Assembly (NCBI GenBank): GCA_004764695.1
Contig: SMSO01000005.1
Coordinates: forward strand, 1-64,000
Direction: 5' to 3'
Origin: Schizochytrium sp. TIO01
Lineage: Eukaryota; Protista; Bigyra: Labyrinthulomycetes
Length of the DNA: 64,000 bases
The position numbers were made by a program, and so were the translations under genes. Shown here piece after piece: positions 46,434-57,904 of the stretch. Numbering within the stretch: position 1 is the stretch's first letter; the number at the start of each line of letters is the position of its first letter. Under the pieces are notes generated by a model. The model had not been told where the DNA came from and did not search any database. It saw nothing but the letters and a program-made list of their open reading frames with translations.

Positions 46434-49083
46434 TAGTGCGTGGTTGTTTCTCTTTCCGCAGGCTTGTCCTTTGGGGGGAGGGGGCGGTACCGTGCTTTGA
46501 CGAGTTTGGGGTTTGCTTGAGTTGAAGTATCATAATGTTATTTCTTTTACTTCGCACACCTCGAAGTAATAGTTCACTGTTTTATTAAAAATTTAATTGA
46601 AATTGAAAAAAAATTACACATTTTTGAGATAGAGATAACAATGATACTCCTATTGATCCTTCTACTTGGGTTGAAAATTTCTTTTTAATTTATAATTTAT
46701 AAAAAGAGTATATACCTACTATGCTTAGGCCTATATACATATTAGGGAGAGGTAGGTAAAGCTCGACCAACCCAAACAATCACCTCGCAGTTGCCTCTGA
46801 CAGTGGCTTTAATAAGTGCTAGCCAGGCAATAATTAAACAACAAAGCTAGATGATACTACTGTTTTTTATGTTTCTTTCAAGATTACTGCGAGAAACTGC
46901 AGATCTCGAATCATCGTCTGTTTTTTGGATTTTGTATTTAATTTAAATAACTTCAAGTGAGGATCTTACAAGATCTTGTAGCGGGCAGATGAAAGCTATA
47001 AAACTCGTTTTATTTGTTCATAGGGCCTGCATATAAAATTTTAAAATATACATTTTTAATTAATGTGTAGATTTTTTTGAGTATTTTTTAATTAGATGAT
47101 GCCAATGGGCAATTTTTCTTCAACACAACCTATCTCTGGAATGCAGGATCCGACAACCTTCTGTGTAGTTCCTTTTCACATCATTGTAATATACATTAGA
47201 ATCGTCAATTACTACTACTTTATCCCAACTTCAGATGCACTTAAACTTGTTTTTTTTTTGTTTTTTTTAAGAATTATTCGAGATCGAAGTTGTGAGTTTT
47301 CGTACTTCGTCGAAAGCAAGGGCGATAACATGAATTTTTCTCCCCCGGACTCAAGATATCCTAGATAGATGGACATATTAAACAGTTCTCGCATTTGTCT
47401 CAAGTTATTTGTTCCCTCTTGATTTTTAAACACACCTGGCGGAGAATCTATGAATATAATCTTTGGGACAGTTTTGACCAAATTAGCATCCTATACATCT
47501 TCATTATCATTAATCTCTTTATCCGCATCACTCCCATTTAGACTTTAGAGAGAAGCAAGATCGTTTCCTACATTCATAGTCATAGCAAGGCTTTCTCTTT
47601 ACTGCACCTGGCGAAGGTTAAGCATTTTCTGAAATTGATAGATTTTGATAACCAGGCTTTTCTACATATACATTTCTCTGTGATTGAGGAGGCACTATGT
47701 ACTATCGTCATCTTCACCATTACTAGAGGATACTGAAGCTATTTTTCTGAGTCTTCTTCTTTTCCCAGATGGTACAGGCGCGGTTTTCTTCTCTTTCGGA
47801 ATTTGAAAAATTAAACTATTATCAATCTCATCAGCAGTAACAGGAGGAACTATGCTAGAAAGAGCTACCAGAGGCTCCACCCTCTCCTTCAAATCAGTCA
47901 TATTGTTTATTCTGGGTGTTTCTGCTCTGTGGAGCGAGCAAGACCTATTTTCGATTGATCCCAGTATCACTGTATGCGCAAATCACGGCGTTTTGGAGGT
48001 TAATTTTTGTCTTTTTGAACATCTCTTTTGCGTTCAACCTTGATAACATTGTTACAGGAGTGATACACGCGAGTATTCATCTTGGCTGGAATCCTTATGT
48101 GTTTCCATCGGCCATAAATAAATGGCCATTTGATATAGCCTGTCCCACTTAGGCGCTTGTCATACTGCATCAAACAGTTCTGGATTTTACTTGCGCATCC
48201 ATTCGCGTGTGTTAGTTGGACTATCATCGTGAATATGACTAAAGTCTCCCTCGATAGTAGTTTGAGAGTTATCGTAAACACTAATCTCGTCATCTTGTTG
48301 CGGGCATCCAAACGCAGGACCACATCTCCACTCCCCAGCTAATTCATAGTTGTACCGATCATAGACACAGCTTTAGTAATATCTAACCTGGTAGAATGAA
48401 TGCTTTCATTCGGATCGAGTGACTCAGTACTGCTGTTTGCACTGTGCTCATGTTTAAGACCTCTGTTTCCGTCTGCTTCACCTTCCTTTGAAGGAGAAAC
48501 TTGGCGCACATAAGTTCTAGCAGTAACGATTATCTGTTCTTAGAAGACAGTGGTATTACCTTAAGCTGATTTATCTTGTTGTATGGAGCTTTCTCCTTCC
48601 TGAATGATCTTCTGTACTGCAAGATTGAAGGATTGAGATAATTCATCTTGACGAAGCCTTGATGGTAAATGCAAACAGGGGAAAACCTTGAGAGGACCAC
48701 AGAGGATTTTAAAGTTGTACCTGTGTGTGCATTTTGATGAATGTCTTGAATAGATTACCATTTTGATGGAGTCCATTTACTAAAGATTCCATATCCTATG
48801 TAGGTGACGATAGTTGATACTCTTTTGTGTCTACCTGACGAATAACTTTTAGCCAGTCAATCACACCAAGATTAGTAAGGAAAGACAGTAAATCTCAGGA
48901 AACATCTTTCGAATGGATTGAGTGAAGCATGAACTGGTGAAATATATCCCAACAGAACTTTGTAAGGAAGACAATGATGGCATTCTGACTGGGTACCATA
49001 TGAGCTTGTTCCAGCGCCCTACTAACTTACAATGTTGCGAGTGCAAAACGAATAGAATTTTTACAAGCCAGTTGTAGAACGTC

Positions 49084-49358
49084 TACAGAACATACACAGA
49101 ACATGTGTAAAATGTGCCATGCCTAGAATGTTCTAGGATTGGATTTAGAACGATCTTCGCTCGATCTCGACACTGCTCGTTCAACAAAGGAGCGTCAGGA
49201 ACATATATAAAACCAATAGAGAACTTATAAAGAACGTACACAGAACGCGTATACAGAACATACACAGAACGTGTGTAAAATGTGCCTAGAATGTTCTAGG
49301 ATTGGATTTAGAACGATCTTCGCTCGATCTCGACACTGCTCGTTCAACAAAGGAGCGT
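49084..49358 (+). repeat. Direct duplication of a ~110-bp segment (49084-49196 and 49251-49358)
   Basis: tacagaacatacacagaac.tgtgtaaaatgtgcc...tagaatgttctaggattggatttagaacgatcttcgctcgatctcgacactgctcgttcaacaaaggagcgt occurs twice. Confidence 0.9.
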
Positions 49359-49443
49359 AGGTACTACCAGGCATCTGCAAAACCCAAACCTACAAATTGC
49401 TGAGCACAAGGAAGAGCTTGACAAGTAGAGCAATCGTTCGCTA

Positions 49444-51324
49444 GTGTTGTTTACCATATACAACACCATCACCGAAAGCCCTGAAGGAACGAATCTTCCG
49501 ACTGGAGTACCATGGACTTTACCCTCAATATCGAGCAATGCTCAATGCACGTTCAACGGCCGTCAGCTGAAGTTGGCGCTCGGGAACATCGCGTATGATG
49601 GCTGTGCAGATCTTTTAAAAGTGGAGAGCTGTACTCTCGAAGCTGGAGTAGTGTTTGGTCTTGTTGGGCCGAATGGAACAGGAAAGAGCAGTTTCGCCCG
49701 TCTTTTAGCGAGTAAAGCAATTCCTGGCTTCCCGTCTGATTTCACAACATGTTACGTTGATTCTGGAGCGCTTAGCACCAGTACACTTTGCTCTCAAGAC
49801 TTTCTTGAAAGCGCTGCGTCTGCACGTCACTGTGAAATTAAAGCCCAGATCTCAATGCTTGAGCGATACCTGGATTCAGATGAGGATTTAAGAAGCGACA
49901 TGGGAGTGGACCTTAGAGACAGCAACGATTTAAGCAGTGACAATGTGGAAGCTCTAGTTAGCCGACTTAGCTTTCTGCTCGAAGCTGACGAACGGCTCTG
50001 TGAAAGTAAAGCTGAGGCGGAAGACATTCTCCAAGAGCTCGGGTTTGGCTCTGCAAACCTGTTGAATATTCCAGTGTGCGATTTATCAAGTGGTTGGCGT
50101 TACAAGTGCGCGCTGGCTCGTGCACTTTTGTCATTGCCAGATCTACTCATTCTTGATGAGCCTTCATTTCTGGACAGTGATTCACTTCGATGGTTAGAAG
50201 AACGTACTCGTTGTATGGCTCACAGTGGTGCAATAGTGATTCTCATCACTCACAAACCAGCACTTCATCGTGCTTTGGCGGATCGTATTCTGTTCATCGA
50301 TGCAAACCACAAACTGCACACCTATAATTGTGGCTACGATTCATTTCTTGTTGCTCGCACCGATGCAGTATCTCACGCAAAGAGGGAGATATGTACAGCT
50401 CGAGCAAAAGAAGTATCTGCAGCAAGCTCTTTGAAACATGTAAAGGCTCGAGTTCAGAAAGGTGGGAATAATTTTGCCAACATCGTTGCTACGCACAAAT
50501 ACGACAAGCGGTTTGTACGAGGCAAGTGTGTAGAGGCAAAGCAAAATGCAATTCGTACTGCGGCATCCAAAGTGAAGAGGCTAAAAAAAGAGGCCACGCA
50601 ATTGGCTGAATTTGAAGAAACCTCTCATGCGCATGAAACTGTGCCAATCTATTTCACCGGAGCAGCGTGGTCTGAATCTACTCATTTGTTCTCTGTGCAG
50701 GATGTTGACTTTAGCTATCCGCCCACCTCGAATAAGACCGCTCTTGTGCTGGCGGGTGTTTCCGTTGCAGTTTACGGTGGCGATAGAATCGCGTTAATGG
50801 GCGAAAATGGAGCTGGTAAGTCTACACTTTTAAAGCTGCTACTAGGACAATTGAACCCCACTGCAGGCTCTATACAACGCAAGAGTGGACTACGCATCGC
50901 ATATTTCCCCCAAAATGCGCTCCAGCGCTTGCTTGTAGAATACGGGGAATTGTCTGCAGTGCAATTCCTTCAATGTGAAGCAAACCCAAGTATTTCCGAA
51001 CTTGCAGCGCGAAGTCATTTGGGCAAGTTCGGCTTGCAGGGTTCTATCGCGACGCAGTGTATCTCTACTTTGTCTGCTGGGCAAAGAACTCGATTGTATC
51101 TGTCTGCTCAATTTTTATCTAGCATCGCACCAGGGGTGCTCATTCTTGATGAAGTTGAGAATCTTGATGTTGAATCTACCGACGCATTAATGGAATCCCT
51201 ATTAAAGTTCGATGGGGCTGTGATTTGTGTCTCTCACGATCGCACTCATTTAGAAAAATACCAACCGCGACAGATTTGGAAGCTAAAAGATGCTTCCGTT
51301 CTCACAAGTCTAGTATCCAAATAA
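49444..51324 (+). CDS. ABC-F family ATPase (two nucleotide-binding domains, no membrane domain); 5' end unresolved
   Basis: NBD1: GPNGTGKS, LSSGW, LILDEP, ITH. NBD2: GENGAGKST, LSAGQ, LILDEVEN, VSHD. No in-frame ATG precedes the first Walker A. Confidence 0.85.
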   Translation: MLFTIYNTITESPEGTNLPTGVPWTLPSISSNAQCTFNGRQLKLALGNIAYDGCADLLKVESCTLEAGVVFGLVGPNGTGKSSFARLLASKAIPGFPSDFTTCYVDSGALSTSTLCSQDFLESAASARHCEIKAQISMLERYLDSDEDLRSDMGVDLRDSNDLSSDNVEALVSRLSFLLEADERLCESKAEAEDILQELGFGSANLLNIPVCDLSSGWRYKCALARALLSLPDLLILDEPSFLDSDSLRWLEERTRCMAHSGAIVILITHKPALHRALADRILFIDANHKLHTYNCGYDSFLVARTDAVSHAKREICTARAKEVSAASSLKHVKARVQKGGNNFANIVATHKYDKRFVRGKCVEAKQNAIRTAASKVKRLKKEATQLAEFEETSHAHETVPIYFTGAAWSESTHLFSVQDVDFSYPPTSNKTALVLAGVSVAVYGGDRIALMGENGAGKSTLLKLLLGQLNPTAGSIQRKSGLRIAYFPQNALQRLLVEYGELSAVQFLQCEANPSISELAARSHLGKFGLQGSIATQCISTLSAGQRTRLYLSAQFLSSIAPGVLILDEVENLDVESTDALMESLLKFDGAVICVSHDRTHLEKYQPRQIWKLKDASVLTSLVSK

Positions 51325-51480
51325 ACATTTTATACTATTGAAACATCTCAGGTTTTTGTTTGGGTCTAGAAATTAATATGTTACCTTGTGTCAGCTTCCA
51401 TATTGGTTATGCATATTGATATTCGCAGAGGTTTTTCTACATTATTTCTATTTTACGTCAAGCAGAGGAAGTAAATTTAT

Positions 51481-51572
51481 ATCTAGCTATTGCAAGTTAG
51501 CGTGAAGCGATCAGCGAGGGATGACGTGGGCAGAGAGATGAAGGGAAGAGTACTTAGGAATTAGCATTAAGG
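51481..51572 (-). repeat. Dispersed short repeat family, diverged copy 3 (inverted)
   Basis: Reverse complement reads ...cccttcatctctctgcccacgtcatccctcgctgatcgcttcacgctaacttgcaatagctagat, matching the 3' part of 19241-19366. Confidence 0.55.
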
Positions 51573-52486
51573 TTGATTCAGGTAATGCTGACGAAGTTTG
51601 CTAAAGTACTTCATACTTTGGACTGAGTATATTCTACTCGATATGTTTTCTTGCATTAAGAATACCCAAATACTACAATCTACAAATGCTAGCGTTATAA
51701 ATGAGAGGTATTTTCTGGAAACGCTATGCAATAATTCCTTAAGAGCTCTGCCGATTTCAGAGTGAGGAGGGTGAATTGCGAATGCATTAAGTCTTGGTGA
51801 CCGTCTCGTGCTAACTTGGAATAACATTATAGTCCCTGCTTCTACTTTATTTGGTTTCAGACGCTCTTCAAAGCACTCAATCTTCAAACCAAGTTCTAGG
51901 TATTTAGAAACACTTCCCAATAGTAATAGACAAATGAAGGATTAGCAAGCATACTTTGAATCAACCAGAATAAAGATGCCTCGTTCCTTGCTCGTGCATA
52001 CAAACATTCTCAATGGTTAGAGGCGGTACTAAGTTTCAAATCATGCATAAATATTCCAAAGCAGTCATCTTTTGAAAAGTGTTAGTAGTTAATCGAGAGG
52101 CAACCATTTGATAAGCGCTAGGCCTATTCAATGCAGAGAAAGGAAAAGATTATTGAGAGTTATCAGTGCTGCTGAAGAGCAGCGTAGAGACGTAGAAAAA
52201 TTAGAGAAGAAAGAAAAAGGAAAGGGATGTAGATAAGAAATAGGGGATTTGTTTGGACTGGTGCAGAGCCGGCAGCCACGAACATATTTTCCACTTGTTA
52301 GGTATAGTAGTAGTAACATAGTATCTTAGGTCAAGGTGATGTAGTACGCGTAGGTTTATTACAAGTGCTACATAATTATATACATGTGGAGCATGCTTGA
52401 CTGTCTTAAGATGAGGCCAACTGATAGGAAGTAAAATGTCTTGGAGTTGAGTAGAAGCTCCATAGAGATAAGTTTGGCTTTAGTGT

Positions 52487-52918
52487 TCACCGGTTCGAGA
52501 GCATCTCTTCGCCGTAAATATATTCTCCAAACAATGAAGAATTCTTCAAAATTTCGCATTCTGTCATTAATGCGTTGACTTGGTGCTGAAGAGCCCTGTT
52601 TGTAATTTGACGCTCTGTTGCAATATCTAAGGGTGATTCAGCTCGATATGGCGGGCGAGGTTCATAGCTTTCAACATCAGCATTCAACGCCTCACCTCTG
52701 GGGGGTATATGATACCTATTAGCAATTCTGAGTGAAAGTCTAAGTATGGACAGATGTTCATAAAGTTCATCACGAGTTTCCCGCAATCTATCGTTCTCTT
52801 CATTCAATCTAAAAGCATCTTCCAACGAAGATTCTCGGCTTTCCAAAGCGAAAATACCATAAAGCAGTGTCCGTATTAGTAAAATTTTGGCTTGTAGTCC
52901 ATCTCGGGACGCATTCAT
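52487..52918 (-). CDS. Hypothetical protein, 143 aa, possible coiled coil
   Basis: ATG-initiated ORF with a charged helical segment (LNEENDRLRETRDELYEHL); no recognised family. Confidence 0.3.
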   Translation of the reverse strand: MNASRDGLQAKILLIRTLLYGIFALESRESSLEDAFRLNEENDRLRETRDELYEHLSILRLSLRIANRYHIPPRGEALNADVESYEPRPPYRAESPLDIATERQITNRALQHQVNALMTECEILKNSSLFGEYIYGEEMLSNR

Positions 52919-54831
52919 TCTGGTACTTACGGATTATCAATTCGTAGCGAATACAGAGACATGTTATGTTGATTCATGCATTCTCGAATTGCCTTTAAAC
53001 AACTCTGGTCAAGGCCATTGTGCATGATGCTGTTCAGAACATGCAGGACAAGAACAAAACGTGAGTTTGAGAGATAGTTTATGAAAAAGTAGCGCTGCTT
53101 GCTTTGGAACGTACTTTAAAGCTTTTAACGTGCAAAATTCGTAGCCAATAATGTCCTTAAGGTATTCCTCGAATTCCAGTTGGTTAGTATTAGACGTATC
53201 AAGACTGCGGTAAAGGCTGTTTTGAATTGTATGTTAGTTTTGTGTGTCCAAAAAGCATCTGGTTGTAGTACCATAGCCATCTCAATCACTACCATTACAG
53301 CAATAATAAACATGAGGGACTAAATGCATCCGCAATGTAACTTACGAAAGGTCCTTGAGTCCATGGAGGAGTCCACCTTTCTTAAGTAAGCAGGACAGCC
53401 TTTTCACATCACAAACCTTCAACAGGCATTCATCAAAGCTGATATTGGCCGTCATTGTCATCGAATTCATAAGGATTAGTCTCAAACGGTTCATCTCAAC
53501 TACGATTCTTTTGTACCCGCGTTTAGTCACATACCTGAGCCTTTGATTCAGCTTGTCTTCTTTCTTGCACCACTCATTCACCTTTACATCTATAATTCCT
53601 TCAGCTCTCTGCGTATTAGACCCTCGGCCCCGCTGGTACTTTGTGGATATCTCGTTTGGGCTTCCTTCCTGTAAAGGCATCATGTTTGGGTCCTTTATTT
53701 GATGCTAGCAAAATAGAATAACCTTGATCGTCTGGCAAGTCACTCTAATGGCTGTACAGCAAAATGCAAAGTCACTAAAGTACTTAAAATAGACTCTAGC
53801 TAGTACGATTTTACAGTTTCTGCTCGAACTCTTCGTCAAGTAGTTTGTTTTTAAAATACAACTTCACAATTCGTCTTCAGCAAGTACCAAAGTACACCAA
53901 CGCTAATTCTAGTATCTAGCTAGGTAATATGTCTACAATATTATAACTAAGGGTTGGGAAGGTTAGTGATTATAGAAAGGACTCGTCACGAAAATAGGGA
54001 TATGTTCGCAGTAAGAAGTAATCGTATCCCTTTAAGACAGTGAAAATCTACATTGGAGATGGCTCAGAAAACAAGTTCTATTTTTGTCTTCGGATAAGTC
54101 GTGAGCCTGTGGAAGTTTCTGCAAAAGCCAGGAAAACCAATTTATCAATCAATACCCAATGAGTAATTGATTTGGCTTGACATGAAAATTAATAGTTTAT
54201 AATTATTTGATTTCATATACATGTATACATTAACAAAGAAATAGAGTTAAAAATTTAATAAAATGGAAGTCCGGCTCGATTGACACGTTCTCTGGGTGCT
54301 TGGGACAAACACACTTCACCGAGGGATGGCATGAAAAATATGTTCTCCCTCCCTGTTATGCAAAAGGATTGACAGGCCTATACCAAGGGAAACGGCAGCA
54401 TAGTTTGGGAGTAAATGTAGCTCTCCTGGGAGAACTTTAGGCTTCTCTAGAGGAAAGGAAACCTGCAACGCTTGGAGGTTCAGCTGACCAGACAGAATAA
54501 GCAAAAGCAGGTCGTTTCTTCTTACCAGAACAAGGAGAAAGACAGAGCTAAAAGTATCATGATGAACATACACACACACACACGCTCGAACTTGAACAAA
54601 CAAGCCGCTTCCCATACTGCCATGGTAGTGCCCAATACATTAACATAAAATTTCAAAGATTATGGTAACAAATTTCGCCTTGAGCGCACAGAAACATTGC
54701 GGGGTGATGGGGGCCACTGCGGCGCAACAAAAGGGCGAATAGGAACGCAAGAGCTAAGCTAAGGGGAGACGGATATAAGAAGTAGGCACGAGGACTAATA
54801 TAAAAAGATAGAGGCAAATGAGCAAACAGCA

Positions 54832-57117
54832 TCAATTATCTTCATGCTGCTCATCTATCACAGTCCCTTCGACGTAAGTGGTAAGATTACATTGCTTGGG
54901 AAATTGGGAGCGTCGCAAGAGAGCTGCTTCAAAAGCAGGATTAAAACTGAGAGGTCTGTGCGTAGCATCAAAATGATCTTGCGCTGCAACAGCAGTCATC
55001 ACTGCCGTTTCGGCATCTCGGTAGTATACAATGGGAAGACGACGTAGAAGTTCTCCGTCCGCGCTGATAACCTTTGCAACAACCTCTGTGTATCCAAATA
55101 AAAGAGAAACAAGCACACGACGCATATCACCTTTTTCGATACCTATGGTGATTGTTGCAAGCTTTTCGCAGCCATCTTCTGTTACATAAAGGCAGTCCTC
55201 AGCAGGAGTTGCATAAATGTCAAACTTAATCTTGTCTACAAGCTCCGATGCGGGTTCAAAGGCATGGCTATACTCACGCTGGACATCGACAAGTTCGCCA
55301 CGGCGCACGAAAGGTTGAAAGGCGTCCCGGAGGTAGTACTCCTTGTGGTAAGTATCGTAAGCTTTGTGTGAAAGGTGTGGCTTCTTGTTGTGTTTACTGC
55401 GAACAAAAGGGAGAGTAACCTTGACGCCAACTGTCATTCTAGCGCGACGAGAACGAATGATGCGCGGGGAAAATCCAAATTTGACTGCACCTTTCATGAC
55501 GGTCAAATTAGGATTGTGTGCAACATGAACCCGCAAAGTTTCAGAAGCAAATGCACGATTGATCTTGTCACGAAGGTAACAAGAACCACCAAGACCGCCG
55601 TATAGGATAAGGTGATCCACGTCTGGAAGCCCGAGGCGGCCTGTAATAGTTTCATTGACTAGCTCTACAATCGGATCAACAATGGGATCGAAGCAATGCT
55701 TAAAAAGCTCAGGTGGCAGTAACAAGGTAGTCGAAGCCCTCGTCAAGGCGCGTTTGTAATCAATTTTAATGGCTTTGTTCTTATACTTAGCCCTCGCTTG
55801 ATGATTGAAGCGAGATACGAGTTCTGGCAGTTTCAGATCAAGTTCTTGCAGAGTAGCCTCCAGTAAAAATCGAACGCGGTGACCGCCGGGAAGAAAGTTT
55901 TCTGGACGCAACTTCATTTTAACAGTCTCCCACCCATCTTGTAATTCGAGACGCGCATCTGGGGTTTCCCAGGCCAGTTTTAGTGCCTCCTGCCCAAGGA
56001 TAGACCCAAGAAACCGGAAAAATCTCTTGTCAATATCCTTCGCTCCAAGTTTGAGTCCGGTTGGAGGTAAGAGCTGGGCCATGTGGGTTTCGTCACCTTC
56101 GTCGTCGTCATCGTCCTCGGGTTGCAGAATCCGGATTGCAGCAAGGTCCACCGTGCCACCTCCACAATCTAAACAAACAACTGTGTCGTTTGGTCTTAGG
56201 TGATGCTTAGGGTGTGGGTCAGTTTGGGCGAGAACTGCTTCTGCATACACGGCTGCGCATTCACTTTCGAGCGCAATGACTAAATCGCCGGAGAACTCGT
56301 CCTGAATCATACCAGCAGCGTGAGCACAGCGCCGGATGAATTGTTTGTCAGACTCGCGCCAAATGGACGGAACAGTAACGACCCAGAGAGCATCAGCAAC
56401 GTCAATAATTTTATCCTCCTTAGCTGCAATATCCCGAAGTGCAACATTTTTTAAATGGCGAAGTATTGCAGAGATAACTCCTTTAAATGTAAGGTTATCT
56501 GCAACGTTTGGAATTGTTTGTTCCTCGAGAGGAACGCCGTCAGTCTCTGACATAGCATCGTAAAGCTCCATCTTGATGGGCTGGTCTATAAAAATATATT
56601 TCTCATTCCATGCAGGTTGCTCAGCGCCAAAAAAGGATGCCACGAGCTGTTGTCCTGCTTGACTGCGTCGATACATATCTTGAGCAGCTTTACCGAATTC
56701 AAGCAAATGATAATTTTGACGGTCAAATAGAACACATGTGGGCTCTTTTCTGCGCAAGATTCGTAGTCGTCGATCATCAGTGAGCCCATAAGCAAGACCT
56801 GTGTTTGTTGTACCAAAATCTATTGCAATGACTGCTGCTTTGGCTCGTGCAGGCCCGTCTAAAAAGGTATTGATTAAGGCATCCTCTTCATCTCCAGTAC
56901 TGTTGCTTGAAATAGTTGGAAAGTGGAATCCACGCCGTCGGGTTGGCGCAACACTGGAGTTTGGGCTGCCATGGCCGCTCATGGAGCTTTCGTCACTCGC
57001 GACCTCGAGACTGCTACTTGGCGTTTCTCCACTCGTCCCTGTGCTTGAGCGCTCTCTGGACAGCCTCCTCTGCAAGTTTTTGTGTAATGATTTCCTATGG
57101 AGTCCAAATTGTACCAT
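54832..57117 (-). CDS. Hsp70 superfamily protein, HSPA12 (Hsp70-12)-like
   Basis: VIAIDFGTTNTGLAY, WVVTVPSIWRESDKQFIRRCAHAAG, IALESECAA, LDCGGGTVD, LILYGGLGGSCYL. Start placed at the first ATG (MVQFG); an upstream exon is possible. Confidence 0.9.
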   Translation of the reverse strand: MVQFGLHRKSLHKNLQRRLSRERSSTGTSGETPSSSLEVASDESSMSGHGSPNSSVAPTRRRGFHFPTISSNSTGDEEDALINTFLDGPARAKAAVIAIDFGTTNTGLAYGLTDDRRLRILRRKEPTCVLFDRQNYHLLEFGKAAQDMYRRSQAGQQLVASFFGAEQPAWNEKYIFIDQPIKMELYDAMSETDGVPLEEQTIPNVADNLTFKGVISAILRHLKNVALRDIAAKEDKIIDVADALWVVTVPSIWRESDKQFIRRCAHAAGMIQDEFSGDLVIALESECAAVYAEAVLAQTDPHPKHHLRPNDTVVCLDCGGGTVDLAAIRILQPEDDDDDEGDETHMAQLLPPTGLKLGAKDIDKRFFRFLGSILGQEALKLAWETPDARLELQDGWETVKMKLRPENFLPGGHRVRFLLEATLQELDLKLPELVSRFNHQARAKYKNKAIKIDYKRALTRASTTLLLPPELFKHCFDPIVDPIVELVNETITGRLGLPDVDHLILYGGLGGSCYLRDKINRAFASETLRVHVAHNPNLTVMKGAVKFGFSPRIIRSRRARMTVGVKVTLPFVRSKHNKKPHLSHKAYDTYHKEYYLRDAFQPFVRRGELVDVQREYSHAFEPASELVDKIKFDIYATPAEDCLYVTEDGCEKLATITIGIEKGDMRRVLVSLLFGYTEVVAKVISADGELLRRLPIVYYRDAETAVMTAVAAQDHFDATHRPLSFNPAFEAALLRRSQFPKQCNLTTYVEGTVIDEQHEDN

Positions 57118-57865
57118 CGTAGGAATTTTTCTACAACCCTTTATCAAGTTGGGTATCTACGAGAGTCAATTGCAGAATTCAACCGAACTGTAATGTTGAT
57201 TTAGAAGGAAGCCTGTGTTACAGTTTAAAAACACAACCCTCCACTTTGATAGAATATTCTCTATAGAAGCGTGTCTGTTTTCCCTGGATTATTCTTGTCC
57301 TGGCAACTTGCTGTGGCTGCTATGCAAAGCACCAACTATCAAATGATGAACGGCTCTCACACTCTAAGATGATCCCTGGATGAAGATTTAAAAAAGGCCA
57401 ACCCGTTTGTTTACCTCCTCCTTTCAATAGATAACGCAAGAATGAACTCTTGCAAGAACAGTTGCGCAGATGACCAAAAGGTCTCTTCTTCAGGAGGAGA
57501 TTAAAAAAGTCAACAAAGAGAGAGACAAGAAGGAAAAAGCAATCCAAAGGGAGCACAACTTTTAAAACTGTGCGCACTATCCTTCGCCACGAGCCCTTTA
57601 TTGCCTGTACGTTTCAATTTCCGAGCCTAATTCTGCTGGTGGCTGATTAGCCTTGTGGCAACGCTTCTCCTGGACAGCGAGACTTCTTGCTCAGCTTTGG
57701 TGCTATGCAGCTTGCGCTCCACGGCGACACAATAGAAGGCCTGCGCTGATGAGCAGACGCAGCGGCCAAGCAGCTCTCCAAAGCTGTCTTCAGCTAGCCC
57801 ACTAGCTATGAGCCGGCTGGTGTGAGCTCTTCAAGAGCCCACTCACCTAGAGGTATCGTAGCAGA

Positions 57866-57904
57866 GCAGCGACGCAGCGACGCAGCGACGCAGCGACGCA
57901 GCGA
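57866..57904 (+). repeat. (GCAGCGAC) x ~5 minisatellite upstream of the Hsp70-12-like gene
   Basis: Direct 8-nt tandem repeat in a GC-rich patch. Confidence 0.85.

Noticed and set aside
47215-48800. Chain of short minus-strand ORFs suggesting a broken gene
   Set aside because: No recognisable motif and no consistent frame or splice model could be supported by eye.
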